A stretch of 34,963 nt of DNA from a bacterium (GTDB lineage: Bacteria; Patescibacteriota; Microgenomatia; Woykebacterales; RBG-16-39-9b). The stretch lies in assembly GCA_030690175.1 (NCBI GenBank), contig JAUYHE010000053.1, positions 1 to 34,963 of the forward strand, written 5' to 3'. Shown in pieces: positions 18,307 through 26,471 of the stretch. The position numbers were made by a program, and so were the translations under genes. Every line of letters starts with the position of its first letter. The first letter of the stretch is position 1. Below the pieces are notes generated by a model. The model made no database searches and was not told the origin of the DNA. It saw only the letters and a list, made by a program, of their open reading frames with translations.

Positions 18307-18621
18307 TTAGGCGAAATCAGTCTTTGTTGAGGGTGAATATTCCCGCGTGAGTTTACCGATAACGTCCTTCATAGGAAACTCCATGATTGGGTGCGTGAAC
18401 GTAGCGTCCAGATTGACAGTGTAGTGATGACGCCGTCCGTCTTTCCGGACCTTAATCATGTCCTTGCGGCGCAGGTCACCGATGATACCCCAAACAGTAC
18501 GCCTGGTAAGGGACATCTCCTCCGCGATCTGTTTAATGGTGCAGCCTGGGTGCACGGCAATGTAAAAAAGGATAGCGCCGTGGCTAGAGACGAGCCACCA
18601 CTGAGGCTCTTGTTTTCCCAT
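18307..18621 (-). CDS. small winged-helix (MarR/ArsR-like) DNA-binding protein
   Basis: CTIKQIAEEMSLTRRTVWGIIGDLRRKDMIKVRKDGRRHHY forms an HTH plus wing. I prefer Met6, because GGAGG lies 8 nt upstream of it. The ORF extends to 18636. GC content is higher than in flanking genes. Confidence 0.7.
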   Translation of the reverse strand: MGKQEPQWWLVSSHGAILFYIAVHPGCTIKQIAEEMSLTRRTVWGIIGDLRRKDMIKVRKDGRRHHYTVNLDATFTHPIMEFPMKDVIGKLTREYSPSTKTDFA

Positions 18622-18642
18622 GGGATCTGCCTCCATTTCTCA

Positions 18643-18659
18643 AGAATAGATTGTATTCT
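18643..18659. promoter_or_regulatory. inverted repeat AGAATA-N5-TATTCT (candidate operator)
   Basis: 6-bp perfect arms in the 71-bp divergent wHTH/uvrA intergenic region. It overlaps the putative wHTH -10. Confidence 0.35.
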
Positions 18660-18682
18660 ACTACTCTTGTCAAAATTTGCAA
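18655..18682 (-). promoter_or_regulatory. candidate wHTH promoter TTGCAA-16-TAGAAT
   Basis: Minus-strand hexamers at 18682-18677 and 18660-18655. Confidence 0.35.
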
Positions 18683-18695
18683 AAAGGTGTAAACT
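18667..18695 (+). promoter_or_regulatory. candidate uvrA promoter TTGTCA-17-TAAACT, near-leaderless
   Basis: Hexamers at 18667-72 and 18690-95. The ATG at 18708 has no SD. Confidence 0.4.
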
Positions 18696-18707
18696 TTTTC
18701 TCTTCTT

Positions 18708-21572
18708 ATGACCGATAAAATAGTAATCCGCGGTGCCCGAGAGCACAATTTAAAAAATATAAGTTTGGAGATTCCAAAGAATAAACTGGTAGTTATCACT
18801 GGTATTTCCGGTTCGGGAAAAAGTTCGCTTGCTTTTGACACCCTTTACGCTGAAGGGCAGCGTCGCTACGTCGAATCTTTGTCCGCCTATGCCAGGCAAT
18901 TCCTCGGCCTTATGGAGAAACCAGATGTCGACCAAATAGACGGGCTTTCACCGGCGATTTCCATTGATCAAAAAAGCGCCCCAAAAAACCCAAGATCCAC
19001 AGTGGGCACAATCACCGAAATTTACGACTATATGCGTCTGTTTTGGGCAAGAATAGGTCGGCCGCATTGCTCGGTGGACGGTAAGGAAATCCGAACTCAA
19101 ACCCCTCAAGAGATCGTCGATCAAATCGTTCTTATGGGAGACAAAAACGAAAAAGGTGACAAAGGAAAGCAAATTTTAATATTAGCTCCAGTGGTGAAAG
19201 GTAGGAAGGGGATATACGAGGAAAACTTTGCAGATTTAAAGAAAAAAGGTTACGCCCGGGTGCGGGTGGACGGAAAAATTTACGAGCTAGACGAGGTACC
19301 AAGCCTGGGCCGTTACAAGATTCACGACATCGATTTAGTTGTAGATAGGGTTCAACTGCCGACTGATAAACAAAGGCTGGCCGAGTCCGTCGAAACGGCG
19401 TTGAGGATGGGGGATGGAGTTGTTTATGTTTACGACCAAGAGCTGCAAAAAGAAAAAATTTTTTCAGAAAAATATTCCTGCCCAGAGCATGACGTTTCCC
19501 TACCAGAGCTTGAACCAAGGACGTTTTCCTTCAATTCTCCTTCAGGTGCCTGTAGCGCTTGTCAGGGGATTGGTAGTAAGCTTACAATTGATGCTGAGCT
19601 GGTTATTACCAACCGAAATCTGTCAATTAGTGAGGGTGCGATACTACCGTGGCAAAGAATGCTTTCTCACGACACCTGGACGAGCCGACGGCTGGAGGCC
19701 TTGGCCCGACACCTTGGTTTTTCCCTTTCAGAGGCGGTGAGGGACTTGCCGCAAGAAATCTTCAAGACAGTTCTTTTCGGTTCTGAAGAAACAGTTTTTC
19801 CAGTTTCTGGCCGCAATCGGTTTGGTAAACAAATTACTTTTCACACAACCTTTGAAGGCGTAATACCCGAGCTTTTACGTCGCTACAGAGAAACCGAAAG
19901 TGATTGGACCCGCCGAGAAATAGAAAAATACATGCGGGAAGAAATTTGTGATGTTTGCCAAGGATCTAGATTAAAGAAAGAAACCGAATTTATTACCGTC
20001 TCCGGAAAATCAATTATCGAAATTAGCCAGATGTCCATTGCCGATGCCAAAAAATGGTTTGACCATATTTCTTTAACCGAAAAAGAACGCTTTATCGCCA
20101 AACAAGTTTTGAAGGAAATCCAAGCTAGAATCAAATTCTTATCGGATGTAGGTTTGGATTATCTAACGATTAATCGTACCAGTGTTACTTTAGCTGGCGG
20201 TGAGGCCCAACGGATTCGTCTGGCTAGTCAAATTGGATCAGGTCTTTCTGGCGTTCTCTACGTACTAGACGAACCCTCAATCGGTCTGCATCAAAAAGAT
20301 AATTTGAGACTAATTACGACCTTAAAAAACCTTAAACTCCTGGGTAATACTGTGATTGTAGTCGAACATGACATGGAGACAATTCTTAACGCCGATTGGG
20401 TAGTGGACGTTGGACCAGGAGCTGGAGAAGAAGGTGGGTATCTAGTTGCAGAAGGCACGCCAGAGAAAATAGCTAAGTCGCCAAAATCTATTACCGGAGT
20501 GTATTTGTCGGGTAAAAGACAGGTCAAGGGTAGAGTTAAGCCCAGAGAGGGGAATGGCCGAGTATTACGTGTAACTGGAGCAAGAGAGCATAATCTAAAA
20601 AACATTACCGTAGAAATACCTCTTAGTAAGTTTGTTTGCATTACTGGAGTATCAGGTAGCGGCAAATCTACTTTAGTTGAGGATATTTTACACAGAGCGC
20701 TAGCCGCATATTTCTATAGATCCAAAGAAAAGCCAGGTAAATTTGATAGAATTGAGGGTCTAGAGCACATCGATAAAATCGTCGATATTGATCAATCACC
20801 GATTGGGCGGACTCCTCGTTCCAATCCAGCTACCTATACCGGCGCTTTTTCTTACATTAGGGATCTTTTTGCCCAGGCAACAATCGCTAAAACCCGAGGT
20901 TATAAACCCGGACGGTTTTCCTTCAATGTAAAGGGGGGTAGGTGCGAGGCCTGTCAAGGTGACGGGTTGGTGAAAATAGAAATGCAGTTTTTGCCAGATG
21001 TTTACGTGACCTGTGAGGTATGCGCTGGTAAAAGGTATAATCGGGAGGCTCTAGAAATACTTTATAAAGGCAAAAATATTGCTGATGTTTTGGACATGAC
21101 TTGTTCAGAAGCCCTGAAATTTTTTGAAAATATACCAGCGATTAAAAGTAAATTATCAACCTTGGTTGATGTCGGTTTAGGTTACATCAGGCTTGGGCAA
21201 AGCGCGACCACTCTTTCTGGTGGGGAGGCTCAAAGAGTGAAACTCGCGACCGAGCTTTCAAAACGAGAAACGGGAAAAACATTTTACATACTCGACGAAC
21301 CAACAACTGGACTACATTTTGCGGATATCGAAAATCTTCTGAACATACTTCACCGTCTTGTAGACGCCGGTAATACCGTTGTGGTAATTGAACACAATTT
21401 GGAGGTTATCAAAACAGCTGATTGGATAATAGATCTTGGGCCGGAAGGTGGAGATAAGGGCGGGGAGGTTATCGCTGCAGGGGCTCCAAACCAAATTAGT
21501 AACAGCAAAAATTCTTATACTGGTCAGTTTTTAAAAACTATTATTCGATCCGCGAAGCAAATCTCCTCTTGA
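18708..21572 (+). CDS. uvrA: excinuclease ABC subunit A
   Basis: Two ABC modules (GISGSGKSS, GVSGSGKST), zinc-finger Cys clusters and LSGGEAQR signatures over 954 aa. Confidence 0.97.
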   Translation: MTDKIVIRGAREHNLKNISLEIPKNKLVVITGISGSGKSSLAFDTLYAEGQRRYVESLSAYARQFLGLMEKPDVDQIDGLSPAISIDQKSAPKNPRSTVGTITEIYDYMRLFWARIGRPHCSVDGKEIRTQTPQEIVDQIVLMGDKNEKGDKGKQILILAPVVKGRKGIYEENFADLKKKGYARVRVDGKIYELDEVPSLGRYKIHDIDLVVDRVQLPTDKQRLAESVETALRMGDGVVYVYDQELQKEKIFSEKYSCPEHDVSLPELEPRTFSFNSPSGACSACQGIGSKLTIDAELVITNRNLSISEGAILPWQRMLSHDTWTSRRLEALARHLGFSLSEAVRDLPQEIFKTVLFGSEETVFPVSGRNRFGKQITFHTTFEGVIPELLRRYRETESDWTRREIEKYMREEICDVCQGSRLKKETEFITVSGKSIIEISQMSIADAKKWFDHISLTEKERFIAKQVLKEIQARIKFLSDVGLDYLTINRTSVTLAGGEAQRIRLASQIGSGLSGVLYVLDEPSIGLHQKDNLRLITTLKNLKLLGNTVIVVEHDMETILNADWVVDVGPGAGEEGGYLVAEGTPEKIAKSPKSITGVYLSGKRQVKGRVKPREGNGRVLRVTGAREHNLKNITVEIPLSKFVCITGVSGSGKSTLVEDILHRALAAYFYRSKEKPGKFDRIEGLEHIDKIVDIDQSPIGRTPRSNPATYTGAFSYIRDLFAQATIAKTRGYKPGRFSFNVKGGRCEACQGDGLVKIEMQFLPDVYVTCEVCAGKRYNREALEILYKGKNIADVLDMTCSEALKFFENIPAIKSKLSTLVDVGLGYIRLGQSATTLSGGEAQRVKLATELSKRETGKTFYILDEPTTGLHFADIENLLNILHRLVDAGNTVVVIEHNLEVIKTADWIIDLGPEGGDKGGEVIAAGAPNQISNSKNSYTGQFLKTIIRSAKQISS

Positions 21573-21908
21573 TTTCCTCCCAGATCCACTTTATAGTATT
21601 GATGTAATAATTAATAAAACCCTCTATTGAGTTTAATCTATCCTTTACATTAGCAGTATTTTTTTATGAAAAATAAGGTTTTAGCGACAATTTGGGTTTG
21701 ATAGAGCAGATTTATCTAGGTAACCAGACCGGTGAAACCGTTACCCAGTTAGCTAATCAGACAAAGGAGATAATTGCATTTTTGCGGGCGAAGAAAAAAC
21801 CAATAATAATACTTGAGTATTTTATTATTGCCTCTTCTGACAATGGCGATAAGGTGAAGACGTTTGATACAAACCAAGCTGACCGATAGTTAGTTTGACA
21901 AATCCAAA

Positions 21909-24128
21909 ATGATAGGTTCCACCTTCGAAAAACAAAACTTAAAAAAATACAGAAAATCGGTAGAAAAAAAGATAAGTAAATTATTTCCCATTTTTTCAAA
22001 AGCTTCAGTGGGAGATTTCAGCAGACAAATTAGACTCCCTTCAGAAGAAGATGAATTTACCCCTCTGTACGTTGGCACCAACATGATAACCCAAGTAATT
22101 AGAGAGAAAATGGCCGAGTTGGAAAATTTAAATAAAAAGTTTGAAAAGAAAGTAGTGAAACGTACAGCCCAAATTGTTTTAGCCAATCAAGTCCTACGAA
22201 AGGAGCTATCGACACGTAAGGGAGCCGAAACAGCATTAAGTGAGTCAGAGGAAAGATACGCTACTTTAGTGGAGAAGGGAAACGATGGTATTGTAATCAT
22301 TCAAGATAGAGTTCTTAAATTTGTAAATGAGAAGATGGTAAAACTTACTGGCTTCAAGATAACAGATGCAATTGGAAGACCATTTACCGAATTTATCGCT
22401 CCCGAACATAGAGAGCTAGTATTAAGAAACCACAAACTGCGATTAATGGGTGAACCAGCCCCCAAGATCTACGAAGTTGAAATCTTAACGAAAAAGGGCG
22501 GAAAAGTTCCTGTAGAGATAAACGCTTCTCTGATTGAATATAGGGGGAGAAAAGCTAGTATGGCGATAATAAGAGATATTACCGATCGTAGAGAAGTAGA
22601 ACAAACGCTACAGGAGGAGAAAGGAAAACTCGACGCTATTTACAAAACTATAAAAGATGGTTTGGCTCTTTACGATAGAGACGGACGAGTTCTTTTCATG
22701 AACCCATCGCTTAAGAAATTATTCGGAGTAAAAACCAATTTGGTTGGTGTTGAAAGGGTAAAAATTGCTAAAAACAGAAGGAAATACTTTAAATATTACC
22801 TAGAAAGGTACGACGATTCCCTAGAAACACAAAGGCAAGTTTATTCAGGTAGACCAGTTTCAAACGTCCTGATGAAGGTTGATTCAAACCCACCCAAATA
22901 TTTGGAAGGAAACTATGTACCGATTAAAGATAATATGGGTAAGGTAATTGGGATGAGTGCAAGTTTCCGAGATGTTACGGTTTTAAAAAACCAATCCGAG
23001 AAAATCGCTAAACAACTTATCGAAGTGGAAAAACAAAAAGAGAGAATGCAAGCAATTTTCAATAATGTTGAAGAGGGTGTCTATATATTCGACAAGAGCG
23101 TAAAAATAATTCAGGCCAACAGCGCCTGCGAAATAATGGCCGGCTGCGAAGAGAAGGAAATGGTTGGAAAGACTTATTACGACATTTTTGGTTGTCATGA
23201 CAAGGTAGGGCATTTTTATCCAGAATTTGATCCGGTCTCAAAAGTTATTACCGCCAAGGAATCAATTCCTTACGATGAGCATTTACACACAAGTAAAAAC
23301 GGAAGGGAGCGTTGGGTTGGTGTCAGTTATACACCTATATTCAACGAAGCTGGAGATATCGAACAAATTGTCGGTGTGATACGGGATATTACTTCAATAA
23401 AAGAGCTAGAAAAAGCAAAAAGTGAGTTTGTTTCGGTAGCTAGTCACGAACTTCGAACTCCCCTCACGGTTATAAACGGCTACCTGTCGCTTCTTTTAAA
23501 TGGAGATTTAGGAAAGCTCGAAAGTGAAAAGTCGATACTAACGTTTTTCACAATTTTAAATAAAGTCAAATACGAAACAGAGAGATTGACAAAGTTAGTC
23601 GGTGAACTTCTAAATGTTTCCCGAATCGAAGAAGGAAGATTGAGACTGGTACTTAGAAAACTACCGATAATCGAGTTAGTCGATGAAATAACCAGTGACT
23701 TCAAAGCGATGGCCGCTATGAAGGGTGTCCGGCTTCAAGTAATCCACAAGGTGAGAGAAAACGGAAGAAATTACTACGTTATGGCGGACCCAGATAAATT
23801 TAAAGAAATATTGGTGAATTTACTTGACAATGCAATTAAATTTACTGAAAGCGGCGGAGAAATAATAATTAGCTGTGCCGAAAAAAAGGGCCGGATTTAC
23901 ATCGGAGTAAAAGATACTGGAATCGGGATTGAGCCAGGTATGTTATCACGAGTTTTCGATAAATTTCAACAAATTAGCGGTTCTTACTTAAAGGAAAATA
24001 AAGGCACAGGACTTGGTCTTTTTATCGTTAAATCTCTGGTAGAGATGCATAAAGGTAAAATTTGGGTAGAATCCGAAGTGGGCCAGGGAACCGAATTTAA
24101 TTTTTCCTTACCTCTTGTTGCTCCGTAG
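21909..24128 (+). CDS. cytoplasmic multi-PAS sensor histidine kinase
   Basis: No TM segments and about three PAS-like repeats. Has the HisKA H-box SHELRTPL and HATPase N/G boxes (LDNAIKFT, DTGIGI, GTGLGL). The start is uncertain because there is no SD. Confidence 0.88.
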   Translation: MIGSTFEKQNLKKYRKSVEKKISKLFPIFSKASVGDFSRQIRLPSEEDEFTPLYVGTNMITQVIREKMAELENLNKKFEKKVVKRTAQIVLANQVLRKELSTRKGAETALSESEERYATLVEKGNDGIVIIQDRVLKFVNEKMVKLTGFKITDAIGRPFTEFIAPEHRELVLRNHKLRLMGEPAPKIYEVEILTKKGGKVPVEINASLIEYRGRKASMAIIRDITDRREVEQTLQEEKGKLDAIYKTIKDGLALYDRDGRVLFMNPSLKKLFGVKTNLVGVERVKIAKNRRKYFKYYLERYDDSLETQRQVYSGRPVSNVLMKVDSNPPKYLEGNYVPIKDNMGKVIGMSASFRDVTVLKNQSEKIAKQLIEVEKQKERMQAIFNNVEEGVYIFDKSVKIIQANSACEIMAGCEEKEMVGKTYYDIFGCHDKVGHFYPEFDPVSKVITAKESIPYDEHLHTSKNGRERWVGVSYTPIFNEAGDIEQIVGVIRDITSIKELEKAKSEFVSVASHELRTPLTVINGYLSLLLNGDLGKLESEKSILTFFTILNKVKYETERLTKLVGELLNVSRIEEGRLRLVLRKLPIIELVDEITSDFKAMAAMKGVRLQVIHKVRENGRNYYVMADPDKFKEILVNLLDNAIKFTESGGEIIISCAEKKGRIYIGVKDTGIGIEPGMLSRVFDKFQQISGSYLKENKGTGLGLFIVKSLVEMHKGKIWVESEVGQGTEFNFSLPLVAP

Positions 24129-24153
24129 TTTTTTTGGTAGACTCTTTTAGCTT

Positions 24154-24546
24154 ATGAGTCAGATAAAAGAAGAAAAAATAAAAGTACTTTTAATCGAAGA
24201 TGAAAAAGAAGTGGCCGAGCTTTATAAATTAAAGCTTACCTTAGACGGATACGAAGTAGTTACCGCGGATAATGGTCAGGAAGGTTTAGAGAAAGCCTTT
24301 AAAGAAAATCCGGAACTTATTTTTCTTGATATAAAAATGCCCGGTATGGACGGATTTGAAGTTCTCAAGAAATTAAGAGAATCTCCAAAGACAAAGGAAT
24401 TACCTGTAGTGATTCTTTCCAACTTTGACGAACAAGACTTAATTGAAAAAGGGCTTACCCTAGGAGCTAATGAGTTTTTGATAAAATCGCAGTTCACTCC
24501 CGAAGATATTTCCAGAAAAGTAAAAAGCTGGGTAAACGAGGGATAA
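24154..24546 (+). CDS. single-domain response regulator (receiver only)
   Basis: LLIEDE, FLDIKMPGMDG and a conserved Lys. No output domain. Confidence 0.85.
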   Translation: MSQIKEEKIKVLLIEDEKEVAELYKLKLTLDGYEVVTADNGQEGLEKAFKENPELIFLDIKMPGMDGFEVLKKLRESPKTKELPVVILSNFDEQDLIEKGLTLGANEFLIKSQFTPEDISRKVKSWVNEG

Positions 24547-24559
24547 CTTGTTCTAAACA

Positions 24560-26446
24560 ATGAAGAGGGTAATACGCGTATTCTTAGTACTATTTTTTTT
24601 GATTCTCTCCACCGCACCACTCCATAAAACTGCCGGTGAGGATTGTAACGATACGGCCAAAATATTTTCAAGCACCTACGATATTAGCTACTCTTTTGAC
24701 CTAAACGGAAAAGCAAAAATAACCCAAAAAATTATTTTAAAAAACTTAGTTGGCGCTTGTTTTGCCTCAGAATACGCGTTAAAAATAAATTCGACAAATC
24801 TTCAAGATATCTCTGGTCAGGACTCTATTGGCAATCTTTACATTAAGGTAAATAAAGATAAAGAGTCGACGACACTAACCGCCAAGTTAAACGATGAAGT
24901 AATCGGAAAAAATAAAACTGTCGCCTTTCAACTTACGTATACTTTAGAGGGGTTGGCAAAAAAGCAAAGTCTTATTTGGGATATTACCATTCCAAGGGTT
25001 TTAACAAGCGAAAAAGTAACTAATTATAATCTGCAGCTTGTGACTCCAAGTAGCTTCGGTAAGGTTTTTTCTATCGCGGTCCAACCCGATCTAGTCAACT
25101 ACGGAAAAGACCAAACGGATATAAGGTTTAAGAGCAAGGAGATATTAGAGAGGGCGGTTTCAGTGAGTTTTGGTGATTTCCAAGAAATTTCCTTCAAAGT
25201 ACGAATACCACTAGAAAATCACAGCCTTTTTAAACGAAGCTTCGATTTTTATTTACCTCCAGATACCGAAAAGCAAAAAGTCCTTTTAAAAAAATTAGAG
25301 CCAATGCCGGGAATCTTAAAGATGGACCAAATGGGTAATTACGTTGTCCAATACAAAGTTTCTGGTAACTCGCTTGTGGAGATTTATATTGAAGGAACAA
25401 TAAAAATAATTGGTGCTGGTGGTCAGTTTGTCCCGCCAAAGCCAATTTCAAATCAGGAACTGACTAATTTGAAGGAGGCCGCTCCCTTCATCGAGGTTCA
25501 AGATAGTTTAGTGCAAGAAAAAGCTAAAGATCTAAAAGGAGTTAGGGAAATCTATAATTTTGTGGTCAGTTACTTAGACTACGACAAAAAGGGGGTCGAG
25601 ACCGGAAAGGCGGATAGAAAGGGCGCTGCTAGCCTACTACGGAAGAAGAAGTTGGCGACAAACCTAGACTTTGCCGATCTTTTTGTGGCTGTTGCCCGGG
25701 CCGCTGGTTTACCGACTCGTGAAGTAATTGGCTTTCCACTAAGTGAAACTAGTCAGTTAAAACCCGTTTTTGTTGGCTCTCATCTAAATAGTAACCGAGT
25801 GCATGTTTGGGTACAGGTATACGATACGAATAAAAGAAAATGGATTAATATCGATCCGACCTGGGGAAAAACTTCTGGGGTAGATTATATCCAAGAAGAT
25901 CTTTCAGATAGATTTATTTTGCTAATTACTAATTCGGGGGACCTAACTGGAGACATTGCTAATTTACAATCGCTGATAAAGAATTTTGAAATAACCACTG
26001 ACAACAAAAAAGAAAATTTTGTTGCGAATCCCCTGCTTGATATCCAAGTCGACCAAGTTTTTGCCGGGTTTCCTGCGGAGATTACGATCAAGGTGGTTAA
26101 TAATTCTGGCGTGAGTTTAACCGGCGGTAAGATTTCAATTGCTTCAGAAAACGCCAATATTATGGGTAAAAATGAGATAAATGTTCCCGTTATTTTTCCG
26201 TACGAGACCAAAGTTTTCAAAGCTAAACTGCGAGGTGGTAGTTTGTTTGGGACGATCTCGGGAAACCTAAACGTGAAACTGAAACTCCATAACGGCACGG
26301 ACACTATAAAAAAAGAAAAAACCGATAAGATCCTTGTTCGGTCATTTTTTTCATTGGGACAACAGCAGATCCTACTATTTCTTATTACCGTCCTTTTACT
26401 GGTGGGCGTCTTTTTCCCAAAAATAAATAAATATTTCGGCAAATAA
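24560..26446 (+). CDS. secreted, C-terminally anchored transglutaminase-like domain protein
   Basis: Signal peptide and C-terminal TM. Transglutaminase-core pattern DFADLFVAVARAAGLPTREVIGF...HVWVQVY...WINIDPTWG. Confidence 0.7.
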   Translation: MKRVIRVFLVLFFLILSTAPLHKTAGEDCNDTAKIFSSTYDISYSFDLNGKAKITQKIILKNLVGACFASEYALKINSTNLQDISGQDSIGNLYIKVNKDKESTTLTAKLNDEVIGKNKTVAFQLTYTLEGLAKKQSLIWDITIPRVLTSEKVTNYNLQLVTPSSFGKVFSIAVQPDLVNYGKDQTDIRFKSKEILERAVSVSFGDFQEISFKVRIPLENHSLFKRSFDFYLPPDTEKQKVLLKKLEPMPGILKMDQMGNYVVQYKVSGNSLVEIYIEGTIKIIGAGGQFVPPKPISNQELTNLKEAAPFIEVQDSLVQEKAKDLKGVREIYNFVVSYLDYDKKGVETGKADRKGAASLLRKKKLATNLDFADLFVAVARAAGLPTREVIGFPLSETSQLKPVFVGSHLNSNRVHVWVQVYDTNKRKWINIDPTWGKTSGVDYIQEDLSDRFILLITNSGDLTGDIANLQSLIKNFEITTDNKKENFVANPLLDIQVDQVFAGFPAEITIKVVNNSGVSLTGGKISIASENANIMGKNEINVPVIFPYETKVFKAKLRGGSLFGTISGNLNVKLKLHNGTDTIKKEKTDKILVRSFFSLGQQQILLFLITVLLLVGVFFPKINKYFGK

Positions 26447-26471
26447 ATTATCCTGGTGCTAAAATAAAAAC

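Noticed and set aside
18391-18841. ORFs 18391-18711 plus, 18456-18746 minus and 18584-18841 minus, overlapping the wHTH gene, the intergenic region and the uvrA start
   Set aside because: They run through the divergent promoter region or antisense to the wHTH gene and uvrA. They show no recognisable fold, and the wHTH and uvrA frames explain the region.
4761-21624. Shared AT-rich string AAAATTAATAATT at 4763-4775 and 15063-15075, and a similar TAATAATTAATAAAAC near 21607-21622
   Set aside because: These are short, AT-only matches in AT-rich intergenic DNA, plausibly due to chance or generic promoter/UP-element composition. No flanking similarity suggests a mobile repeat.
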